From the NCBI GenBank assembly GCA_016215405.1, contig JACRJQ010000005.1, positions 75,560 through 139,559 on the forward strand: a DNA stretch of 64,000 nt, given 5' to 3'. Under the pieces are notes generated by a model, which saw nothing but the letters and a program-made list of their open reading frames with translations, searched no databases and was not told the origin of the DNA. Of the stretch, positions 37,779-45,824 are shown in pieces; the first letter of the stretch is position 1, and the number at the start of each line of letters is the position of its first letter. Source of the DNA: Candidatus Tayloriibacteriota bacterium (GTDB lineage: Bacteria > Patescibacteriota > Minisyncoccia > Phycocordibacterales > UBA6065). Made by a program: the position numbers and the translations under genes.

Positions 37779-39680
37779 TCAGAGGCTCTCGGCGAACTCG
37801 AGGGCGGAGTCTCTCTCCGCGAGCGCCCGCTCTGCGGCTTTGGAGAGCGGCTCGGTGAGCTCGCGCGCATAGGATCCATCGGTAAACGCTTGTGACGAGG
37901 CCGCCGCGGCGCGCGCTTTTCGCACATGGAGGCGAATCTTCCGGCATATCTCGTCTATGGATTCTTCCCAAAATACCTTTTCCAGGAGCTTTGAGGCGCT
38001 ATCGGCCGCTATCGGATTTTCTCTCCCTTTTAAGACCGATCTGAGGGCGTCCGCGCTCGCCGAATTGATCCTTCCCGAGGCGAGGTCGCTCTGCCAGTCG
38101 TGTGCGTCGTCGTTAAGCTGGCGCGCGGCGATGTAGCTTTTGAAAAAAGCTTCGACCTCCCTGAACTTCCTGCTTCTCGGGGCATGGCCGAGCGTCATCA
38201 TGACGACGAGAGGGCCGAGCGCGTGGCCGAACGATTTGTCCGAGAGGATGCTTTCGTCGTAGGGTGGTATGCGGATAGGCGCTATATGCCCTTTCGCCGA
38301 TCGAGGAAGGAATGAGGACGCCGCTTCTCTCGCGTTTGCTTCGTCTATGGCCCTAAACGTCCTCCGCACATACGCCTTTCCCTCCTCGTTCGGAGAGAGC
38401 GACTCGATGATCGACAAAGACTCGCGTATGAGCACGTTAGAGAGGGGTAGGAGGCGCTCTCCTTTGGATTCGTCGATGATGTCGTCTTGGATCGAGTATC
38501 CGATCCAACCGAGCATGTTCGCGTGCCCGAGCTTCGCGAGCGTCCTGTCCTCGATCCTCTCTCCGTCCTTAAGGGCGCGAGAGAAGCGGAAAGGCAAGAG
38601 AGAGATGAGCTTCTCCATATCGCCTTTCGCGACCCTCGCTCGGCATTCTCTCGCTTGGCTTTCGAAGGGCTCTCCGAGGCCCTTGAAGAACCGGTCGCCT
38701 TCCGCTCTCGCCATGTCGAGCGCGGCTTTTTCCCGGCTGTCGTCCTCTCGCGTCGCCGTCTCTTTCTCTTCGGATAGGAGAGACAGGGCCTCGATGCAAA
38801 AAGCGGTCGTGATAGCTTCCGATCCCGCGTAGCTTCGTCGTCCGCCCTTTACCTCTTCGATATAGAGAGGGAAGGCTTTCCAAGGCGAAGAGAGGATATC
38901 TTTGGCCGCCTCATCTACTGCGCCATTTCGCCGGCCGAGTCTCGTAAGCGAGCTTATGCATATGGCTTCCTCCAGGGGGTTCACGGCTTTTCGGAGCGCC
39001 TCCGAGGCGGTATCCGCAAGCTTCTCTCTCTGCGCGCTCTCGCCTCGAAGCTCATAGAAGCGCGATATGAAATATATAAACGGATAGACGGTCTCATAGT
39101 AGAGAGAGTCGAATTTCGACCTCGCGACCGCAGAGTCGATATAAGAGGAGAGGGAGTCGAGGAACACGCCGTTAAGGCCCAGGGCGAAAGCGATGTTCGC
39201 GTTTACCGCTGTGTCGACGTCGTCCCAGCCCTTTTTCGCTTTGGCTAGCCACGTCCTGTAGGGCCCTCCTTCGTTCGATTCCGCCGAGATCAGGGCACGG
39301 ACGAAGCCTGCGAGAGGCCCGCCGCCGAGCTTTTCGCCGTAAAGCGCGAGCGACGCGATAGCGCAAGACGTGTCGTCGAGGTCGTCAGGGTAAGGGCGCG
39401 AGGCGGCTAACCTCGAGCCTCGTATCGTGTAATTCCACGTCCATTGGGGGCTTCTCTGCGACAGGATAAAGGAAGCAGCTTTCGCCTTTATCGCCGCGAC
39501 GCCTCTTATGCCTTTGGGGACGCGAGAGAGGCAAGAGAGTATGAGCGCGGCGGGGAAGACGGCCTGTCTCGACTCCGGTTGAGAGAATAAGGCGTCTTTC
39601 GAGCAGAGGCTCTCCCAGCTCCCGTTTCGCGCCTGGAGGGCGCGGAGGCGGGGTATTCCGTTTCGAATAGCCTCGTCCAT
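37779..39680 (-). CDS. Fusion of a class II terpene cyclase-like domain and a class I isoprenyl transferase (ComQ/IPPS-like) domain
   Basis: N-half has QW-like LQARNGSW and SHC-like YPDDLDDT. C-half has DDIID (DDxxD), DKS and QLNDDAHDWQSD. The ATG overlaps the kinase stop (TGATG). Confidence 0.75.
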   Translation of the reverse strand: MDEAIRNGIPRLRALQARNGSWESLCSKDALFSQPESRQAVFPAALILSCLSRVPKGIRGVAAIKAKAASFILSQRSPQWTWNYTIRGSRLAASRPYPDDLDDTSCAIASLALYGEKLGGGPLAGFVRALISAESNEGGPYRTWLAKAKKGWDDVDTAVNANIAFALGLNGVFLDSLSSYIDSAVARSKFDSLYYETVYPFIYFISRFYELRGESAQREKLADTASEALRKAVNPLEEAICISSLTRLGRRNGAVDEAAKDILSSPWKAFPLYIEEVKGGRRSYAGSEAITTAFCIEALSLLSEEKETATREDDSREKAALDMARAEGDRFFKGLGEPFESQARECRARVAKGDMEKLISLLPFRFSRALKDGERIEDRTLAKLGHANMLGWIGYSIQDDIIDESKGERLLPLSNVLIRESLSIIESLSPNEEGKAYVRRTFRAIDEANAREAASSFLPRSAKGHIAPIRIPPYDESILSDKSFGHALGPLVVMMTLGHAPRSRKFREVEAFFKSYIAARQLNDDAHDWQSDLASGRINSASADALRSVLKGRENPIAADSASKLLEKVFWEESIDEICRKIRLHVRKARAAAASSQAFTDGSYARELTEPLSKAAERALAERDSALEFAESL

Positions 39681-41167
39681 CAAACTTTTACGCTTAGAGG
39701 CCTCGCTCTTCTGCGCCTGTCAGCAGCTTTCTTGTCGAGAGGAATGGTGACGATGAATCTAGACCCTTCCTGAGGCGCGCTTATCACTTCTATCTTTCCG
39801 CCGAAATCCTTTTCGACGATATCCTTGGTCGTTGAGAGGCCGAGGCCGATCCCCGAATGCTCCGTTTTCGTGGTGAAGAAGGGGTCGAATATCCTGCAGC
39901 TCACCTCAGACTCGATGCCGCAGCCCTTGTCGGAGACCTCGAAGCGTATGCCGTCCGCAGACTCGAGGATGGATACGTCAACCGTTCTTTCGCCTTCCTT
40001 CGGCGAGCATATATATGAATCGATCGCATTCGATATGAGATTGACCGCGACTTGGAAGAACCGCACCGAGCTGCCATGGACGAGGATCGCCTCCTTTGAA
40101 TCTATGCGCACCGTTACGCCGGATTTCCTCGATTTGTGCAAAAGAAGGTCGGCCGCGTCCCGCGCCTCGTTCTCGAGAGAGAATATACCTACCTTGCTCT
40201 CGGAATTGAGCTGCTTGCGCACCGTCTGGACGAACGATTCGATCCTCTTCGAGGCCCTCACCGCCCTGTCTAAGGTCTCCTTGTATTCCGCGCCTTTATC
40301 GCCTGACTCGGCCGAGAGCTTTTCGACGGTGAGAGAGACGGTCGTGAGCGGATTGAGGAGGTCGTGGAAGATCCCTGACGAGAGCTTGCCGAATTCGACG
40401 AACCTATAGAGCTGGGAGACTTTCTCGAGCTGAGCCGCTTTGAGCTCGCGGGTCCTCTCTTCGACCTTCTCTTCGAGGGTGTCTCGCTCGGCCTTGAGGG
40501 CTCTTTCGGATTCGCGCGCTCGGCGCAGAGACCTTTCGAGATCCTTGTTGGAAAGCCAGGATACGGCCACTATCGCGAAGAATATGATGGAGTCTTCGAT
40601 AGCGTCTTTGGCCACCATAGGCTCCGACCTCCAAGATACGTCCGCTTGGATGATCCCCGCGGCTTGCAGATGCCCGAGGGTGATGAGGGTCGCCGCGATG
40701 AGGCCTGTTATGGCGAAACTCTGCTTCGTCCCCAAGAGTATGCTCGACATCACGATTATGGCAGCGTAGGAGAGGAGAGGAAGGGGGACTTCGATGCCCC
40801 ACGCGTATATGCCGTAGGTCGTGCCCATGAAATAGAGGCCTATGAAGAGGTAAGACGCGAGCCTCGTATGGCCGCGGCGAGAGAGGGCGAGGAGCGCCGC
40901 GAAGAGGATGATGAAAAAAGAGAATATCGTAGGGCGGAAGCCGTAGGTATCGAGGTCTGCGATCTGGGAGTATATGATCGAGGCCTCGAGCAGGATGACG
41001 GCTCCGAGCACGGTCGTGGCTATGACGTTGAATATGTGCTCGCGCCGATAGCTGTCTTCGTCGGATGACCGTGGGCGGATGCAGAGCGCGTAGATATAGC
41101 GAACACCCTGTCCGGCCGCCTGTCTCGCGCGTCTGTACGCTTTTAGGCTGGTCTCCAGGGTGTTCAT
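39680..41167 (-). CDS. Multi-TM sensor histidine kinase (HisKA + HATPase_c)
   Basis: About 6 TM helices, coiled coil, FHDLLNPLT H-box, NLISNAID, DKGCGI, FDPFFTTK and GIGLGLS; start at ATG 41167. Confidence 0.93.
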   Translation of the reverse strand: MNTLETSLKAYRRARQAAGQGVRYIYALCIRPRSSDEDSYRREHIFNVIATTVLGAVILLEASIIYSQIADLDTYGFRPTIFSFFIILFAALLALSRRGHTRLASYLFIGLYFMGTTYGIYAWGIEVPLPLLSYAAIIVMSSILLGTKQSFAITGLIAATLITLGHLQAAGIIQADVSWRSEPMVAKDAIEDSIIFFAIVAVSWLSNKDLERSLRRARESERALKAERDTLEEKVEERTRELKAAQLEKVSQLYRFVEFGKLSSGIFHDLLNPLTTVSLTVEKLSAESGDKGAEYKETLDRAVRASKRIESFVQTVRKQLNSESKVGIFSLENEARDAADLLLHKSRKSGVTVRIDSKEAILVHGSSVRFFQVAVNLISNAIDSYICSPKEGERTVDVSILESADGIRFEVSDKGCGIESEVSCRIFDPFFTTKTEHSGIGLGLSTTKDIVEKDFGGKIEVISAPQEGSRFIVTIPLDKKAADRRRRARPLSVKV

Positions 41168-41186
41168 GGCGCCTTTAATTATATAG

Positions 41187-41288
41187 CTAATTCCAAGGCG
41201 CGAATTCACCGCTAACGTCCACGAGCTCGTTTCTCGCGTTCTTTCGAGCCCTTTTGTCCGAGAGGATCCTTTTTATGATAGCGCTCAT
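41187..41288 (-). CDS. Candidate signal-peptide precursor with C-terminal Trp (ComX-like)
   Basis: Manual translation: MSAIIKRILSDKRARKNARNELVDVSGEFAPWN*, extendable to 55 aa from ATG 41354. Sits between the regulator and the kinase on the same strand. Confidence 0.6.
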   Translation of the reverse strand: MSAIIKRILSDKRARKNARNELVDVSGEFAPWN

Positions 41289-41360
41289 GCGTTTCGATTG
41301 GCTTGTAAACCGAGAGAGGTGTCCATCGACCGGGAGCCCTTCATATGGTCTCATGTCGAG

Positions 41361-41389
41361 ATAAAGAAAAAATAAAGAAAAGTTAAAGA
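41361..41389 (-). promoter_or_regulatory. Three 11-bp-periodic TCTTTAW direct repeats, putative response-regulator box
   Basis: Plus strand ATAAAGA at 41361, ATAAAGA at 41372 and TTAAAGA at 41383, upstream of the peptide ORF. Confidence 0.5.
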
Positions 41390-42075
41390 TTGTAGGTCGG
41401 ATGGCCGTTCGGGTCTATCTTGTATCCTCGTCCAGGCACCGTGTGGATGAGCTTGTTCCTCGCCTTCTTGTCGATCTTCTTTCGCAGGTTGAGTATGTGG
41501 GCTTCGACCGTGTTCGAGAAGGGATCGATCTCCTCGTCCCAGACATGCTCGAGCAGGGCGCCGCGCGAGATGACCGTGCCTGAATTGCGCAGGAGGTATT
41601 CGAGGAGCGCGAATTCCTTTCGCGTCAGATATATCTCTTTGCCCGCCCGGCGGACCCTTTGTTTGGAGGCGTCAAGGACAAGGTCGGCCACCGAGAGCGT
41701 CGGCAGGACAAGGGAGGGCGGACGCCTCATGATCGCCCTTATGCGCGAGCGCAGCTCCTCGTAGGAGAAGGGTTTTACGAGGTAGTCGTCCGCTCCGGCG
41801 TTGAGCAGGTCGACCTTATCGTCAGTTTCGCATTGGACGGACAGGATGATTATGGGGGTCGATTTCCCGGCGGCGCGGATATCGCGGCAGACCGTGTAGC
41901 CTGTCTTTTTTGGGAGTATGTAATCGAGGAGGATGAGGTCGTAATCGCACGTCCTTCCCATATAAGAGCCTTCCTCTCCGTCGCCCGCGGTATCGACCCC
42001 AAAGCAATCGGCCTCGAGGTTCGCCTTTAGGAAACTTCGTATCTCTCTGTCGTCGTCTATGACCAGGATGCGCAT
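41383..42075 (-). CDS. OmpR/PhoB-family response regulator
   Basis: ILVIDDD, DLILLD, GADDYLVKPF, LTRKEFALLEYL and IHTVPGRGY. Confidence 0.96.
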   Translation of the reverse strand: MRILVIDDDREIRSFLKANLEADCFGVDTAGDGEEGSYMGRTCDYDLILLDYILPKKTGYTVCRDIRAAGKSTPIIILSVQCETDDKVDLLNAGADDYLVKPFSYEELRSRIRAIMRRPPSLVLPTLSVADLVLDASKQRVRRAGKEIYLTRKEFALLEYLLRNSGTVISRGALLEHVWDEEIDPFSNTVEAHILNLRKKIDKKARNKLIHTVPGRGYKIDPNGHPTYNL

Positions 42076-42152
42076 GTTCGTGGAGGTGCTCTTTCTAGTC
42101 TCCTTATGGTACTACATTACGCAATAGAATTTTTGAATGTGAGTTATGCACA

Positions 42153-42181
42153 TTTTTATTATTTCTTTATCTTTTATTTAT
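42153..42181 (+). promoter_or_regulatory. Three 11-bp-periodic TNTTTAT repeats in the divergent promoter region
   Basis: TTTTTAT at 42153, TCTTTAT at 42164 and TATTTAT at 42175; TATAAT at 42213-42218. Confidence 0.45.
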
Positions 42182-42240
42182 CACCTTTGTGCGCAATGGA
42201 TGCGTAAAGGTTATAATGTTCCGATATAAACCATACATAT

Positions 42241-42669
42241 ATGTTTTTCGAGAATATAAGCTACATAACGGTCGCGATAGCCGCGATCGTGTCGGTCGGC
42301 TTCGGCTTTATCTGGTACTCTCCCTGGCTTTTCGGCAAGCGCTACATGAAAGAGATGGGGATCTCCGCTTCCGAGGTAGCGGAAGCGAAGGCTAAGGGAG
42401 GCAAGGAGATGTCGAGGATGTACGCGATGTCGTTCGCCCTCTCTCTCGCGACCGCGTTCGTCGTATCGTCCCTCCTCGGGTCCCTTATCGTGGTGAGCCT
42501 CTGGGGCCTCGTCCTTGTCGGCTTTATGATGTGGCTCGGCTTCTCTTTGCCGGTCGCCGCGAACGGAGCCATATATGGCAAGGACTCTCTGGTCCTTTTT
42601 GCCATAAACAGCGGGTACCAGCTCCTCTCGCTCGTGCTCGTCTCGGTCGTCGTGGGCATATTCGGCTAG
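42241..42669 (+). CDS. DUF1761 family membrane protein
   Basis: GFIWYSPWLFGKRYM, WLGF, and LFAINSGYQL. Confidence 0.85.
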   Translation: MFFENISYITVAIAAIVSVGFGFIWYSPWLFGKRYMKEMGISASEVAEAKAKGGKEMSRMYAMSFALSLATAFVVSSLLGSLIVVSLWGLVLVGFMMWLGFSLPVAANGAIYGKDSLVLFAINSGYQLLSLVLVSVVVGIFG

Positions 42670-42670
42670 C

Positions 42671-43075
42671 ATGCATACTCTCAAACTGTTCGCGTCGGCG
42701 ATGGCGATCGGGATGGCGCTCGATTACGTCTGGTTCTCTCTTTTAGCGTCAGGCCTCTACAAAAGGGAGATATCGCAGCTTTTGCGCATGAGCGACGGCG
42801 CGATCGCGCCGAACCTCTGGGCGGCCCTTCTCGTCTACGTCCTCATAGCGGCTCTCGTCGTGCTCTTCGTCGTGCCAAAGGCGTCGTCTTTGGGCGCGGC
42901 GGCCCTTTGGGGCGCTCTCGCGGGCCTCATCCTCTACGGCGTCTACGACCTCACGAATATGTCGTTCCTCAAAGATTGGACATGGGCGGCGGCGCTTCCG
43001 GACATCGCGTGGGGCACTTTCATGGTCGGCGTCCTTTCCGCCGCCCTTTGGCAGCTCGACAAAGCCCTCTCGTAG
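42671..43075 (+). CDS. DUF2177 family membrane protein
   Basis: LDYVW, YGVYDLTN, and W...DIAWGT. Confidence 0.85.
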   Translation: MHTLKLFASAMAIGMALDYVWFSLLASGLYKREISQLLRMSDGAIAPNLWAALLVYVLIAALVVLFVVPKASSLGAAALWGALAGLILYGVYDLTNMSFLKDWTWAAALPDIAWGTFMVGVLSAALWQLDKALS

Positions 43076-43115
43076 GGTTTTCTTTGAGACCGCTTTCATA
43101 TAGAATGGCCTCGCC

Positions 43116-44045
43116 ATGAAGCACGAGATACTTCTGTACTATAAATACGCATCGGTGAGGAATCCCGAGAAGCTCGCCTCCGAGCATCGGGAGTTTTGCG
43201 CGCGACACGGCCTTAAGGGGCGCATAATAATCGCCAAAGAGGGGATAAACGGCACCCTTGAGGGGCTTTCGAAGGATACGAAGGCTTACCGCGATTTCCT
43301 CAGTTCGAAGCCCGGCTTTAAGTCGATCCACTGGAAGATAAGCGAAGGTAACGGATTCGCGTTCCCGAGGCTCTCGGTAAAGGTCCGCGAGGAGATCGTG
43401 TCTTTGTCGCTTAAGAGGTCGAAAGAGACCGACGTTGATCCGAGGAAAGTGACCGGCAAGCATCTCGCTCCTGAAGAGCTCAGGTCGTGGTTCGAGAAGG
43501 GCGAGAAGTTCACCATAATAGACATGCGCAATGACTACGAGCACAAGGTGGGCGCGTTCGAGGGCTCCGTGCTGCCGCCGCTTAGGAATTTCCGCGATTT
43601 GCCGAAGGCGCTTCCGAAGCTCAAAAAGCATGCCAAGGATAAGGTGCTCACTGTGTGCACGGGAGGCGTGCGCTGCGAGAAGGCGTCGGGGTATCTTATA
43701 AAGAAGGGCTTCAAAGACGTATACCAGCTCGACGGCGGGATCGTCTCGTATATGGAGAGATATCCCGGCGAGCATTTCAAAGGCTCGCTCTATGTGTTCG
43801 ACGGGCGCGTGACGATGGCTTTCGACGAGAAGGGCGGGATCAAAAGGGAAGTGATAGGCAGATGTGAGAAGTGCGGCGCGAAGACGGAGGAGTATGCCGA
43901 CTGCACGAATCAAGACTGCAGGAACCAGATGCTCTGCTGCAGGGCGTGCGTGAATGCCGACAGGGCATATTGCTCCGAGAAGTGCAGGAAGATACTGCAG
44001 AGGAATCCGAACGCCAGGTCGAGATCCGTGGCGAAGGGGATATAG
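43116..44045 (+). CDS. trhO: Rhodanese-domain protein (TrhO/YceA, UPF0176)
   Basis: LYYKY, LKGRIIIAKEGINGT, DMRNDYE..G.F, CTGGVRCEKA, YQLDGGI and YVFDGR. Confidence 0.88.
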   Translation: MKHEILLYYKYASVRNPEKLASEHREFCARHGLKGRIIIAKEGINGTLEGLSKDTKAYRDFLSSKPGFKSIHWKISEGNGFAFPRLSVKVREEIVSLSLKRSKETDVDPRKVTGKHLAPEELRSWFEKGEKFTIIDMRNDYEHKVGAFEGSVLPPLRNFRDLPKALPKLKKHAKDKVLTVCTGGVRCEKASGYLIKKGFKDVYQLDGGIVSYMERYPGEHFKGSLYVFDGRVTMAFDEKGGIKREVIGRCEKCGAKTEEYADCTNQDCRNQMLCCRACVNADRAYCSEKCRKILQRNPNARSRSVAKGI

Positions 44046-44152
44046 CAGCCTTCCGCGTTCGACGGAGGAGAGGGCTAAAATACTGGGCGGTATAGAAACG
44101 ATGCTATTTTTCGGAGGCGTGCGACGTAGTATCTGTTATATACTTATTGCAT

Positions 44153-45196
44153 ATGGATAATAAAAAGCTTCAACTTTATTTCTTTATCGGACTCCTTTTC
44201 GCGGTATTCGTTCTCGCTCTCGCGCTCTTTAAACCCTTTATCGCGCCCATCGCCCTCGCCTTCATGGCTGCGATAGTGGTAAAGCCCCTCGACCAGAAGA
44301 TGCTCCTCGCGGTCCGCGGCAGAAGGACTCTCGCGGCGATACTTACCGTCGTCATCGTCCTCGTCATTATCCTCGTGCCGCTCTCGATCCTCGTCCGCGA
44401 GATAACGGTCGAATCTTTGAATTTCTACGCCGATGTCAGAGATTCGGGCATAGGAAGCTTCAGCGCGGTGTCCGGGTATTTCGTGGAGCCTTTGCAGCGC
44501 GTCTTTCCTGAATTCAATCCGGACGTAGAAGGGTATGTACGCAAGATCGCGGTCGGCCTCGTCGACAACGCCCAGGGGATATTCTCGTCGACCGCGTCGC
44601 TCGCGCTCGGCGTCTTCGTCGCTACGGTCGCCCTGTATTACCTGCTTAGAGACGGCCACTCGTTCAGAAAGAGCATCATACGGCTCTCGCCCCTCGCCGA
44701 CGCCTACGACACGCAGATAATGGATAAGGTCGAGAGGGCAGTGAACTCCGTCGTCAGAGGATCCCTCTTTACCTCCCTCATCAAAGGCGTGCTCGCAGCC
44801 TTGGGCTTTGCGATATTCGGCGTCCCTCACGCGATACTTTGGGGAGCCCTTACGGCGATCGTATCGCTTCTGCCGGGCATCGGCGCGGGCCTCACGATAA
44901 TACCGGCGGCTCTCTATCTCGTGGCCACCGACGCCGTGGGCCAGTCCATAGGCCTACTCGTGTGGGGCTTCGTCGTCGTGGGCCTCGTCGATAACGTCAT
45001 CATGCCTATCGTGGTGGGCAAGGGAGCCACCATGCACCCGCTCTTCGTGCTCCTCTCGGTCATCGGAGGGCTTTCGTTCTTCGGCCCTATCGGTCTTTTC
45101 CTCGGGCCCTTGGTCATAGCCCTGCTCTCGGCCCTCCTTGAGATCTACAAGCTCATCATTCTCGACGATAAGGACAAGAAGACGATAAGCATTTAG
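44153..45196 (+). CDS. AI-2E family transporter
   Basis: Multi-TM, YYLLRDG, LVDNVIMP, HPLFVLLSVIGG..FG..GLFLGP. Confidence 0.92.
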   Translation: MDNKKLQLYFFIGLLFAVFVLALALFKPFIAPIALAFMAAIVVKPLDQKMLLAVRGRRTLAAILTVVIVLVIILVPLSILVREITVESLNFYADVRDSGIGSFSAVSGYFVEPLQRVFPEFNPDVEGYVRKIAVGLVDNAQGIFSSTASLALGVFVATVALYYLLRDGHSFRKSIIRLSPLADAYDTQIMDKVERAVNSVVRGSLFTSLIKGVLAALGFAIFGVPHAILWGALTAIVSLLPGIGAGLTIIPAALYLVATDAVGQSIGLLVWGFVVVGLVDNVIMPIVVGKGATMHPLFVLLSVIGGLSFFGPIGLFLGPLVIALLSALLEIYKLIILDDKDKKTISI

Positions 45197-45240
45197 GGCT
45201 GTGGTACAATTATCCGTAATTAAGAGTTAACGGTCTTAAC

Positions 45241-45621
45241 ATGAAATCTAACACCGATATAGCGCTTCTCCTGGTCCGGGTCGGCCTCGCCCTCGTGTTC
45301 ATAGCTCACGGCTGGGACAAGCTCTCCAACATGGAGGGCACCGTCGGATTCTTCTCGTCGATAGGCCTCTCGGCGGTCTGGGCCTACGTCATCGCCTATG
45401 TAGAGCTCATCGGAGGCATCTCGATGCTCGCGGGAGTCTTTACAGGCTGGGCAGGAGTCGTCCTCGCGGCCACTATGGTGGGCGCCATCGGCATCGTGAA
45501 GATATCGAAGGGATTCATCGGCGGATATGAATTCGACCTCATGCTCTTCCTCTCGGCGATAGCGATATCTCTCGCTGGTCCGGGCATCTACACCGCGAAG
45601 AGGCTTTGGAAGAAGGCATAA
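45241..45621 (+). CDS. DoxX family membrane protein
   Basis: LLVRVGLALVFIAHGWDKL, ELIGG, GGYEF and GPG.Y. Confidence 0.9.
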   Translation: MKSNTDIALLLVRVGLALVFIAHGWDKLSNMEGTVGFFSSIGLSAVWAYVIAYVELIGGISMLAGVFTGWAGVVLAATMVGAIGIVKISKGFIGGYEFDLMLFLSAIAISLAGPGIYTAKRLWKKA

Positions 45622-45639
45622 GCGGCTAATCGATGAGCA

Positions 45640-45765
45640 ATGACACACGCGCACGCTCATAGGAGAAGGCATTGGTACGAGGACAGGCCGGTGAAGATCG
45701 CCCTCGTCTCCGGTTTCTTTAGCACTCTCATGACCATGATCAACATCATGTTCGGAGGGAAGTAA
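45640..45765 (+). CDS. 41-aa peptide with His/Arg-rich N-terminus and hydrophobic C-terminus
   Basis: MTHAHAHRRRHWYEDRPVKIALVSGFFSTLMTMINIMFGGK; fills the gap between doxX and the terminator. Confidence 0.45.
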   Translation: MTHAHAHRRRHWYEDRPVKIALVSGFFSTLMTMINIMFGGK

Positions 45766-45771
45766 GTCGAT

Positions 45772-45817
45772 GTATAGCAAAAGCCGCAGGCCCAAGGGCC
45801 TGCGGCTTTTGCTATAC
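45772..45817. terminator. Long palindromic terminator overlapping the next promoter
   Basis: GTATAGCAAAAGCCGCAGGCCC-AA-GGGCCTGCGGCTTTTGCTATAC. Confidence 0.8.
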
Positions 45818-45824
45818 TTCTCGC

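Noticed and set aside
44153-45196. AI-2E transporter as part of the signalling cluster
   Set aside because: Opposite strand, three genes away, and the family is widespread with varied substrates; no direct link.
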